Of a stretch of DNA of 64,000 bases, positions 29,354 to 38,698 are shown in pieces. The notes beneath the pieces were generated by a model that made no database searches, had not been told where the DNA came from, and saw nothing but the letters and a program-made list of their open reading frames with translations. The position numbers and the translations under genes were made by a program. The DNA comes from a virus (taxonomy: Duplodnaviria; Caudoviricetes), in the IMG/VR virus record IMGVR_UViG_3300042396_000691, positions 45,716 through 109,715 of that record; one strand, written 5' to 3'. The number at the start of each line of letters is the position of its first letter. Position 1 is the stretch's first letter.

Positions 29354-32300
29354 TTAAAACACCTTTATGTCATTTTTCTCAAGGACATCAACCAGTTGAA
29401 CAAACTTTTTAGTCAAAGCTTTAAGCTCTGCTCTTAGCAGTTTAACTTCTAGGTTTGGAAAACTTGAGCTAAAAACCGCTGGAGGAAGAGGTTGTGTTGA
29501 ACATTTTACAACACTAACACTTTTTGTCCATATATCGCCACCACCACTAACATAACCATCACCAGGACTTTGTGGGGCACATACAACAGCTTCAACAACA
29601 GTTACGCATGGGTTAGCAGTAGTAGTAGTAGTACTAGTTGTTGGAGCAGAAGTTGTAGTAGTCGTACTGGTTGTTGTACATATTGGACTACATTGGGCAT
29701 TTTGTGAATCTGCTTGTTCCATACAATCATCTAAATTTGTATACTCTCCCGATTCACCAGTTTCACAACTTCTACATGTGTAACAAGTGCTTTGATCGCA
29801 ACCGCCAGTAATCTTATAGCAACCTTGACATCTTGGGTCTTCAGAATCCGCTATTGTTCTTGCATCTTCGCAACCATTTTCACAAACTCCATCGATTAAT
29901 GTTCCTGGATATCCTCCAGTGCCATTTGGTGCTGTTGAACAATAATGACAAAATGTCTCTTCATTTTGATATAAGTAGTATGTATCACAAGGTGCTGGCG
30001 TAGTAGTAGTAGTACATGCTGGTATATTTGCATTTTGCTGATCCCTATCCATATTACAATTTTCAACTTTATTTGGACCAGTATATTCTCCATTTGCATC
30101 ATAATAACAACTAAAGCATGGATCATCAAAAACAAGTGTCATTGAACAATTGGCATTAAGTCCTGGTAAATACGATTCACATTCAGCTTTTGGGTATGGT
30201 CCTTGTAAAAAGAATTCGCTTTCACAATACTGAGTACAATTAAAGCATTGTGTTCCCTCTCCTGTTTCAACAACACAATATCCTGATGGTGCAGTTGTAG
30301 TTGTAGTTGTTGGACCTACTGTTGTTGTAGTATTAGGATCATCAGGATCTTCATGCCCCTCACATTCATCCTCATCTTCATCTGGTAAAATAATCTCTTT
30401 TGCAAGACCATGCCAAAACCACAGCGTATTTATGATTGGAACTATTGTTCCATCTGGACATTTCGTCACACCAATTACATATGGTACACCAGCATTCATA
30501 CCATGTGTTCGTATAACATCTACAAACTTATGCTCTGGACAAAGCGTTGTTTCTCCATTGTCCTTTAATCTTGCAACTGTATAAATGTCTGTTGTTTGTT
30601 CTGTTATGTCAAAATCCGCATAGTATTTAAATGAACTTTTCTCATTGCCAGTTGTAATATTATAATCGCAAATTGGTGGAGGGGGTGCTGGATTAGGACC
30701 AATAGTATTACATATTGAAGCATATATTTGTGCTTGTAATTTTAAATCATTGTATCTAGGTATAGCACCTTCGCCCTTTATATACCACCTATTGTCATAA
30801 ACAGAATAGTGTGCAAGAGTTTGAGTTGCTGGATATTGTGGTTTGCTTGAAAGATTGTACACTTCAACTAACTGATTGCTTAATAGGTCATTAGCATACA
30901 TTCGCACAAATGCTTTTGAAAGTCTTCCAGATGTATTGCATGTAAAATTGCTTCCATAAACAGTTGCCGATGGTTGCACTCTAACAACATCATGAGAAGT
31001 CCACATGCCTCTTGCTGAATCCCACATGAGATCAACTGGGCCAGTCATTTTATTTTCTGCTGCTTCCCAAGGAGCATTCGCACTAACATAAGGGTCTGGA
31101 GTAAACTTATCTGTTAAACCATAATCTACGCTTGGTATAATTTGGCCTGTCCAAAGATCAACACCCCATCCAGAAATCATCAATGGTCCACGAAGAGCAA
31201 TTGCTTTAACATCTATGGGTTGAGATCCAACACCTACAGATCCTTCAGATGAAAAATATTTTGTTGGTTCATTATGATTATCCCAATAATCTTGATTACA
31301 ATCTATCAATGTATCAAAATGACAAAATCTTTTGAAAGGATTGTATGTTATTGATGTTGGAACTTTACCTTGCCTAATATCAATTAAATTATCCCCCCTT
31401 TTATATTGAGGGTCTGGCGAATTTGTAAACTTTTGACTAACTAAAGTGTCTGGTGTTACTGGCCAGCAATGTGGCAAGTATCCAGATGATGAAAAAAACG
31501 CCCCACCACTATTTGCAAAATTATTTCTGAAAGGAACATACAGTGTATCCATCGATGCCACTGCTTTAGAATCTATTTGTACAGAATCAAGTTCTTTATC
31601 GCCAAGATCTTTCATTGATTCATTTTGTTTGTATGATGCACCAAGAATTTTTGTTCTTGTGTACATACCAATACCAAAATATGCACCAGGACCAGCATTG
31701 GCTATACCAATACCCATAACTATTAAAGCATGTGGACTCATTCTGTCATGTCTTCGACCTAAAAAGTCCAAGAAAAAGGATCTTATCTTACCGCCCATTT
31801 CTGAACGATTTGCAGATTGTTGTCGTGCAATTGTGTCCATGTAGGATTTTAAAATGGTTCTTCTGTCTTCATTTTGTTTTGCTGTTTGCTGCCTCATTCT
31901 ATTTATTACAACATCTGATGTTACGCCAAATCTTGGTAAAAATGTTCTAAATGAGTATTGGGTTGTTATTCCATTTGGTCCATAACTTGCACTAATAGAT
32001 GTTACAATAGCACCATTCTTAACTAGTTCATCTCCAAGTTGATGTTCTGGAGGATTGACCATTGTCAAACTTCCAGTTTCAAACTTATCAACTGGTTGTA
32101 TGTCTTTTAGTTTTTCTGAAAAAACTTGTCCTAAATTTGCACCTGAGCCAAATTCCCAAGGCGTAAGACTTGAATCATGTTCAACCTTAGTAAGACCACC
32201 TTTTCCACTATTCATGTACCAAGGACCATAAGCATCGTTAGTGGTAGCAACAAGACCTATTGCCATTAATTTTGGAGTAATTGGTATATAGCCAACTTTG

Positions 32301-34141
32301 AAAAGTTCAGATGAACCAATCTGAGTTACCCCATTAAATATACCAAAAAGACACCTTGATAGTGGATCATTACCAAGTTCTGATCTTGATGATTCTGGTC
32401 CTATTAAAAGTACAGATTGTGGTAAAGAAACATGAATATGCTCTTTACCATCAACCATGACATATTTATCAGAAACAGTTAATTTTAAAAAAATGTGATC
32501 TCCTATCACATAGCAGTCTGGACTTGTGTCATCTATTTGATATGTTCCGGGTGTTGCCAGTATAACTGCCCAATTTTCGAGTTTTCCTTTAGGGTCTTTA
32601 AACTGTCCATCAAATACTGGTTTTGGAATTTGTGCAAATGGACTAGAACCAACTTGAGTTGGGTCCATCCACCCACTTTGAGATGGAAGAATGTTATATG
32701 TTCCCTTTTGTTCATCTGTTAATGTGTCTTGTGGCAATTTTTTTTCTAACTTATTTCTTACTGTTAAGCCCCCAGTTACGCTAGTTTCACCATCAGGACC
32801 GATGTTGTTTGATCTTCCTTTAAGATCTGAATTTCCTCCACCATTTACTTGCACTAAAAATTGTTTTCCCCAATATGTTTCACAATAACTTTTTAAATAT
32901 GAATACAATCTAGCTGCTCTTCTTACGCCAACATCATTCTCTTTTTCTGAAAAATACCTTTTTAATAAAGTTGTACCAGCACCACCAAAACGACTCCAAT
33001 AAAGACGATCAGCATCCCAAGCTCTAGCCCCTCTTAAAAAAATATTTGCATATCTTTCTGGTTCATAAAGTTCAAGATAAAATTCCCAAGATTCTTGAGA
33101 ACCCATAACGCATTGTAGTTCTACAGAATTTGTTAAGTAATAAATACCACCTTCTATATCTTCAATTCCAATAGCTGGAATGTTTATGTTTTCCATTACT
33201 TCAAGAGTAAAAGAATCCCCTATAAGATTACGATATGTTTTAACTTCATAATTAATCTTTGTCTGAGGTGTTCCAGTTATATCATGACCAAAATAATATT
33301 TGATAACTGAATTTGGATTAATGTATGAGTCAAAACCCCTGTCAAACAATATGGTTTGTTCTTTTGCCCCGCCCCACACAACAAAATTGCAAGTAACCCC
33401 AGTTGCTGCTTCGCTTCCAGCATCCCAAGATATCGCCTTTTTATTTAGTGCCATTGTTTTTATAGTGCCAACAACCTTTTGATTGGCTGCATCTAATGCA
33501 AGAGATTGGATTTTTATCCTAAAAGTTTTTCCTTCTAAAACTAATCTCCACATATGACCAGTGGCTTCACATATTTGTGAAACAACATCTAATAATCCAA
33601 CTTTTGGTCCTGGTATTCTATAGTAATCAGGAAGTCCTGTTAATATAGCGGATATATCAACAGAGTATTTTTCTGTTCCATTTCTAACCCCACATAAGCC
33701 AGACAATGCTGAAACACCAGCAACAAATGTGTTAACCCCCATTCCAGATGCATTAGAATTTGCTGCTCCGTAACCAATTCCCTCGTAATATCTAAAAATA
33801 TTAAAATAATTATCAACTAAACAAGCACTATCATCTTTATTTCCATATAAATTACCAACTACGCATTGAACATTTCTTAAAATTTCTTTTCCATCACTCA
33901 ATGTAGCTTCATAAGTAATACCACTACTACTATGTCTTTCTATAACCCTTTCTAAAAAACCAACAAAATTAAATGCCCTAAAACTAAAATCTTTAACTTC
34001 ACCGATTTTATAAGGTGCTATAGATTCATCATCTTCGGGAGCCATTTTTACCGTTAATGTTGAACCAGCATCATTCCATCCAACGCTAGATGAAAAATCT
34101 ATAACTTTAAGACCAAGAAATTTTTGAGCATCAAATGCCAT
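29354..34141 (-). CDS. Large tail-tip/baseplate hub protein with Cys-rich, Thr-linker C-terminal fibre
   Basis: About 1595 aa downstream of TMP and distal-tail genes; hub-like N-terminus (FSSSVGW, LLDVVSQICE); poly-Thr tracts; start at MAFDAQ. Confidence 0.65.
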   Translation of the reverse strand: MAFDAQKFLGLKVIDFSSSVGWNDAGSTLTVKMAPEDDESIAPYKIGEVKDFSFRAFNFVGFLERVIERHSSSGITYEATLSDGKEILRNVQCVVGNLYGNKDDSACLVDNYFNIFRYYEGIGYGAANSNASGMGVNTFVAGVSALSGLCGVRNGTEKYSVDISAILTGLPDYYRIPGPKVGLLDVVSQICEATGHMWRLVLEGKTFRIKIQSLALDAANQKVVGTIKTMALNKKAISWDAGSEAATGVTCNFVVWGGAKEQTILFDRGFDSYINPNSVIKYYFGHDITGTPQTKINYEVKTYRNLIGDSFTLEVMENINIPAIGIEDIEGGIYYLTNSVELQCVMGSQESWEFYLELYEPERYANIFLRGARAWDADRLYWSRFGGAGTTLLKRYFSEKENDVGVRRAARLYSYLKSYCETYWGKQFLVQVNGGGNSDLKGRSNNIGPDGETSVTGGLTVRNKLEKKLPQDTLTDEQKGTYNILPSQSGWMDPTQVGSSPFAQIPKPVFDGQFKDPKGKLENWAVILATPGTYQIDDTSPDCYVIGDHIFLKLTVSDKYVMVDGKEHIHVSLPQSVLLIGPESSRSELGNDPLSRCLFGIFNGVTQIGSSELFKVGYIPITPKLMAIGLVATTNDAYGPWYMNSGKGGLTKVEHDSSLTPWEFGSGANLGQVFSEKLKDIQPVDKFETGSLTMVNPPEHQLGDELVKNGAIVTSISASYGPNGITTQYSFRTFLPRFGVTSDVVINRMRQQTAKQNEDRRTILKSYMDTIARQQSANRSEMGGKIRSFFLDFLGRRHDRMSPHALIVMGIGIANAGPGAYFGIGMYTRTKILGASYKQNESMKDLGDKELDSVQIDSKAVASMDTLYVPFRNNFANSGGAFFSSSGYLPHCWPVTPDTLVSQKFTNSPDPQYKRGDNLIDIRQGKVPTSITYNPFKRFCHFDTLIDCNQDYWDNHNEPTKYFSSEGSVGVGSQPIDVKAIALRGPLMISGWGVDLWTGQIIPSVDYGLTDKFTPDPYVSANAPWEAAENKMTGPVDLMWDSARGMWTSHDVVRVQPSATVYGSNFTCNTSGRLSKAFVRMYANDLLSNQLVEVYNLSSKPQYPATQTLAHYSVYDNRWYIKGEGAIPRYNDLKLQAQIYASICNTIGPNPAPPPPICDYNITTGNEKSSFKYYADFDITEQTTDIYTVARLKDNGETTLCPEHKFVDVIRTHGMNAGVPYVIGVTKCPDGTIVPIINTLWFWHGLAKEIILPDEDEDECEGHEDPDDPNTTTTVGPTTTTTTAPSGYCVVETGEGTQCFNCTQYCESEFFLQGPYPKAECESYLPGLNANCSMTLVFDDPCFSCYYDANGEYTGPNKVENCNMDRDQQNANIPACTTTTTPAPCDTYYLYQNEETFCHYCSTAPNGTGGYPGTLIDGVCENGCEDARTIADSEDPRCQGCYKITGGCDQSTCYTCRSCETGESGEYTNLDDCMEQADSQNAQCSPICTTTSTTTTTSAPTTSTTTTTANPCVTVVEAVVCAPQSPGDGYVSGGGDIWTKSVSVVKCSTQPLPPAVFSSSFPNLEVKLLRAELKALTKKFVQLVDVLEKNDIKVF

Positions 34142-34167
34142 TTTGTAATCCACCAATAAATTTGTTT

Positions 34168-35412
34168 TTAAACAAAATCCCCGCCATAAGTCCAAGTAAC
34201 ACTTCTGGTGACTTTTCCAGATCTTTCATCGTAAGTTTTTTCATCCTTATCAACAAAAGAATTTCCTGCTGGCTTATACTCGCTTACCGATGGTTCACCA
34301 TTGCTACCATCTTTATATATTACCGTAATATTCACAGATAAACTACCCTGTTTTTTAGTACCAAATCTTTGTAAGATTGGCCCTGTTGGTTTTCCAATGG
34401 CTGCAATAGAAGCATAAAATTCTGTTGGTACATTATCGGTTATATCTACAGTCCTATAAATCTCACCAGCCTTTTCAATTCCACCAGAAGCATCCATATT
34501 TACTGTTATAGTTCCAGCTACAACATTTCTTGAAACAGAAATAGACTTTATTTTATCAGTGGTAGAACCATCATAAGCATCTCCAATTTCTGGAATTGTT
34601 ATTGTTCCAAGATAAGCATTTGCATTTGCGTACTTATCTCCACCTCCTGGACCAGCAAGACCTTTTATACTTATTTGTTTTGAAAAACTTTTAAAAATTG
34701 AATCAGCAGATTCTTTTATAGAATATGTTTCTTCAACTAAGGCACTTGTTTTACATATAGTCCAACTCTCTGTGCATTCAACTGAGTTTTTTTCAGTGTT
34801 AACTGTATAGTTAGTCGTTTTATTGTAAGCAGAACCTGTTGTGGATGGTAAATAACTTGCACCATCAGTAAAACTAGATGAAGCTGGTAACTTTGTTATA
34901 GCCAATTGATAAGTTGCAGTTTCAGAACTATTTAATGTAATACTTCTAGATCTTGTTACTTTTACAAATCTGTCATATTCATCCGCTGGATCTAAAGACC
35001 AATTTTCATCAACATCTTGTGATTCAAATAAAACCTTTTCAAAAACTATTGTGTAATCAGCAAAAACACTACTTGGATCAGCTTGATAAGATTTTGATTT
35101 TAACTTTACCTTACCAGAAAGAAAGGGGGCACTCATTGTGCCAGTAACAAATAAGTTATTTACAGAATGAACAACTAGTCCTTCTATTACTGAATATGCT
35201 GTATTTATTTTTCCAAGTCTTCCAAATTCATTGTCTTGTGCAAGATCTACAACATCTCCGTTATTGTTTTTTGCAAGAGAAAGAGCTTTACCCTTTAAAG
35301 TTACTACCAATACGCTCTTTTTTACTTTTCCACTTTCTTTAAATTCGTTCTCTGTTTGTACTGTCACAAGCGGTGTTGGAACTATAGGTGTTCCATTAAG
35401 AGTTATTGCCAT
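34168..35412 (-). CDS. Putative distal tail/baseplate protein, paralog B
   Basis: Beta-rich; aligns along its length with 35413-36699. Confidence 0.55.
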   Translation of the reverse strand: MAITLNGTPIVPTPLVTVQTENEFKESGKVKKSVLVVTLKGKALSLAKNNNGDVVDLAQDNEFGRLGKINTAYSVIEGLVVHSVNNLFVTGTMSAPFLSGKVKLKSKSYQADPSSVFADYTIVFEKVLFESQDVDENWSLDPADEYDRFVKVTRSRSITLNSSETATYQLAITKLPASSSFTDGASYLPSTTGSAYNKTTNYTVNTEKNSVECTESWTICKTSALVEETYSIKESADSIFKSFSKQISIKGLAGPGGGDKYANANAYLGTITIPEIGDAYDGSTTDKIKSISVSRNVVAGTITVNMDASGGIEKAGEIYRTVDITDNVPTEFYASIAAIGKPTGPILQRFGTKKQGSLSVNITVIYKDGSNGEPSVSEYKPAGNSFVDKDEKTYDERSGKVTRSVTWTYGGDFV

Positions 35413-36699
35413 TTACTCACTCCATATAAAAACTGTAGTTCTTGTTGTTTTTCCAGCAGCAAGATTTTTTTGTACATTATCAGATTCAATTATATAATCA
35501 GCAGTTGGAGCATATTCTAGCGTATCTAATGTAATACTAGTAAGAGAAACAGCCTCTATGGTTACTGTTTTTGTATGAACTTTTTTTATGCCAATGTCTT
35601 GAAACAATGGTCCACCACCACCATAGATTGTTTGATGTATCACATATGTGTCTGGTGGATTAGCCAATATTCCCATTTCTGTTATGTTTACTTTTCTACT
35701 TTTTGAACCATCTGTTGGTTTAGGATAATCTTCTACTTGATAATCGTAATTAATTATTCCTTTAACTTCATCATGACTTTCTGATGTTGACACAATTGTA
35801 ATAGCTGCGTAGGTTGCAATTAATGCATTCTTAACAGTTGTCCATAAGGTAGATGCTGGACCATATCTATCACCACTACCACCGTTTAATCCAGCTATAG
35901 TTCCACTAATTGAAGTTGTTCCTCTAAAAGAATTAGAGTCACTTTTTTGCGTTATTGTTTGCTCATGAGTTGCTAATGCATCTTCGCCAGTTGCTGGATT
36001 ATGATACGATATTTCAACATCAGCAGAAACTTCATTGGTTGATGTGTTTACTCTATAAGATACTTTTTTATTGTGAGAGTTACTAAATGTTCCACTAGTA
36101 GCACCACTTATATCTGCTGGTATTGTAGAAGCTATATTCTCATCAACTTTTGCTTTGGCCTTTTTCCATCCTAGTTCCCATATGCCGTTAACATTTGTGT
36201 CTTTGCATTTTGCAGAAATTTTATGAGAAACTTTTGTGAATCTTTTATCTTCTTCATTTAATTCTACAGTCCAAGATTGATCGAAATTTAGATTTATCTG
36301 ATTTGCTGCTGGAACTTTTACACCATTGTATGTAAATGAATCAGCTTCCATTTCAATGCTATAATCTGAATAATCAACCCAAATGCCTTCGTCAAAAGAA
36401 ACTGATTTAATTCTACCGCTACAAGAAAATGTTCCAGTTCCATTTCTAGATGTAAACGAAAAGTTTTTTATTTCGCCATCTGAGCTATATGCACATGTAG
36501 AATTTATAGTCTGCTGTTGTGCAAGTATATAAGCATGTTTTGCAGCAGTTGTAGCACTTTGAGAAGCTACTATTTTTCCTTTTACAGATATGTTGAAAAG
36601 ATATTTTTCTAGTTTGCCACTTGACAAAAATTCTGTTTGTTGAGATACGCTTACAGATTGTATTGGGTTTAATTGTAAACCATTAAAAATTGCTGGCAT
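35413..36699 (-). CDS. Putative distal tail/baseplate protein, paralog A
   Basis: Beta-rich; downstream of TMP; paralog of 34168-35412. Confidence 0.55.
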   Translation of the reverse strand: MPAIFNGLQLNPIQSVSVSQQTEFLSSGKLEKYLFNISVKGKIVASQSATTAAKHAYILAQQQTINSTCAYSSDGEIKNFSFTSRNGTGTFSCSGRIKSVSFDEGIWVDYSDYSIEMEADSFTYNGVKVPAANQINLNFDQSWTVELNEEDKRFTKVSHKISAKCKDTNVNGIWELGWKKAKAKVDENIASTIPADISGATSGTFSNSHNKKVSYRVNTSTNEVSADVEISYHNPATGEDALATHEQTITQKSDSNSFRGTTSISGTIAGLNGGSGDRYGPASTLWTTVKNALIATYAAITIVSTSESHDEVKGIINYDYQVEDYPKPTDGSKSRKVNITEMGILANPPDTYVIHQTIYGGGGPLFQDIGIKKVHTKTVTIEAVSLTSITLDTLEYAPTADYIIESDNVQKNLAAGKTTRTTVFIWSE

Positions 36700-36700
36700 T

Positions 36701-38680
36701 TTATACCTCGTTTACTTTTATAAACATGTTCATATCAGCAAAATGGCTTGTGTGAAAATTAAGTCCATGCATATGTAAATATAATTTATTGTCTGCCCCT
36801 ACTACAACATTTGGAATGCTTAAATTAACAAAAGAATTTAAATTGTCGTGTCCTTTTTGAAATAAGTCTACATAATTATTCAAAGATGTTTTACCTTCTG
36901 TAAATAAATTCATAATATTTGCATAGTGTTCATTATCTCTAGAAACAAATAAGTCCATTTGCCCATTATTTGGCAGATAACCTTGAGATGTTCCAGTTCC
37001 TTCTATATAAAGTGTTTTTTCTATAGTTTTTCCCAAAGTGTCATTAAACAATGTTAAATTTAAATAGTTTTGAATATCTTCTTTAATTGTTAAAGACTCT
37101 GTGTATAAACTCATTCCAACAGAAAGATCCCCTATTAATGGAACTTCCATATATAAATTAAAACTTTGATGCTCACAGCTTCTAATGAAAAGATCTATGC
37201 CCTTATAGAATATTCTTATTGCCTCATCGCCCTGCATATAAAGGTTTGTTTTACCATCAAAAGGTATTCTTTTAGGTCCACTAATATAAAGTGGCAATAT
37301 TTTTTGAGGGTCTTGTTTTAAAAATAATTGCATTTTTTCATCAACTATGCATTTTACAAACATAGTTAAATTTGATTCTGTGTTTGAAAGTGTAAACAAT
37401 GACATTGAATTTTCTGGAAATGATTTGGTGAATAATCTTCTAATTCTTGTGCTTCTTCCAGCACCATCTATAAATAATGTTGCAGTATTTGAATAAGCAC
37501 CTCTGACATATAGGTTTTTTAAAGATGTATTTTTAGCATTTGATTTAACAAACAAGTTTAATGCGGATATAGGGTTTGCTTTTAAAAACATCGTCATAGT
37601 TTTAATAAAATCTTTATTGCCATGAGTAAATAAATTTAAATTGTTTTCTTCTGCGTTTTTAATAAACAATGAAACATTAGGTATTCCAACATTTATTGAA
37701 TCTAAAAAATAAGTTAATGAAAAACTATTGCTTATGGCAGGAGTTACACATGGGTTTGTAAACCTTAAAGTAAAATCTCCACCTGGATATATTTTTAAAT
37801 TTGAAAATGTTACTATACCATCTACAGCTTGTACCATAGTTGTACCAATGAATGCTCCTGTTCCAGTGTATATTTCTGCTGTAACTCGTAAATTAGAAGA
37901 GGTTACTACTTGATTATAAGCATCTCTAACCTCTATGACTGTAGCACCTAAAGCAACATTAGTGTAAGTGCCTGTTGGCTGAGTAGTTATGACCAATTGT
38001 GTTTCAGTAGTTATCTCATTACAGTAGATGGTTTGTATAAGGTCTATTTCTGTAGAATCAATTGCTTCGTCATATATTCTTAAGTCATCTAATTGATAGC
38101 CGTTAAAAGTATTAGTTATAAAAAATATGTTTGTATTATCAACTATCCTCTCTGTGCTAAACGGTATTGAATAATCTAATGTGTTTGGAGTTGGTGTTGT
38201 GCCATCAAAAAAAAGATCTTGTTGTGTTCCATTTAATGCCAAAGATAATGGTTCAGTTGGGCCTCTATAAATAATTATTATGTTTGTAAACTGTTGACTA
38301 AAATCATTTGCACCTAATTTTATTAAAGCTACTCCAGAATCAAAACCATTATTAAATCCAACGCTTAAGCTGTCTGTCGATGTTTTTATTGAAATGTAAA
38401 ATCTTGTATTTCCACCACCATAAATTTGAAAAATAATATCTTCTTCAACACCTTTTACCCAAAAAGATATTGTCCAAGGTGCATCTACCGTTGATGGCAA
38501 TGGGTTTGATTGTGTAAATACGCCACTAGTTAATGGGCCATGATAGCCATCTTGAAAGTTTAAACATTTTTGAACTAGCCCATCAACAAATGTGACAAGA
38601 CCTCTAGTATTAGAAAAATCTAAGTTTCCTATACTGTCAGTCAAGTCGCCATTGAATTTCCATTGATGTATTAATGCCAT
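36701..38680 (-). CDS. LamG/concanavalin A-like domain fibre protein with Ig-like domain and C-terminal repeats
   Basis: HQWKFNGDLTDSIG; WTISFWVK; LDDLRIYDEAI; QLVITTQP...GIVTFSNL; many LxLFxxG-type repeats. Confidence 0.72.
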   Translation of the reverse strand: MALIHQWKFNGDLTDSIGNLDFSNTRGLVTFVDGLVQKCLNFQDGYHGPLTSGVFTQSNPLPSTVDAPWTISFWVKGVEEDIIFQIYGGGNTRFYISIKTSTDSLSVGFNNGFDSGVALIKLGANDFSQQFTNIIIIYRGPTEPLSLALNGTQQDLFFDGTTPTPNTLDYSIPFSTERIVDNTNIFFITNTFNGYQLDDLRIYDEAIDSTEIDLIQTIYCNEITTETQLVITTQPTGTYTNVALGATVIEVRDAYNQVVTSSNLRVTAEIYTGTGAFIGTTMVQAVDGIVTFSNLKIYPGGDFTLRFTNPCVTPAISNSFSLTYFLDSINVGIPNVSLFIKNAEENNLNLFTHGNKDFIKTMTMFLKANPISALNLFVKSNAKNTSLKNLYVRGAYSNTATLFIDGAGRSTRIRRLFTKSFPENSMSLFTLSNTESNLTMFVKCIVDEKMQLFLKQDPQKILPLYISGPKRIPFDGKTNLYMQGDEAIRIFYKGIDLFIRSCEHQSFNLYMEVPLIGDLSVGMSLYTESLTIKEDIQNYLNLTLFNDTLGKTIEKTLYIEGTGTSQGYLPNNGQMDLFVSRDNEHYANIMNLFTEGKTSLNNYVDLFQKGHDNLNSFVNLSIPNVVVGADNKLYLHMHGLNFHTSHFADMNMFIKVNEV

Positions 38681-38698
38681 AGGTAATCCTTAGTTTAA

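Noticed and set aside
28105-30700. Diversity-generating retroelement target in tail-tip genes
   Set aside because: No reverse transcriptase and no template/variable repeat pair seen in this window
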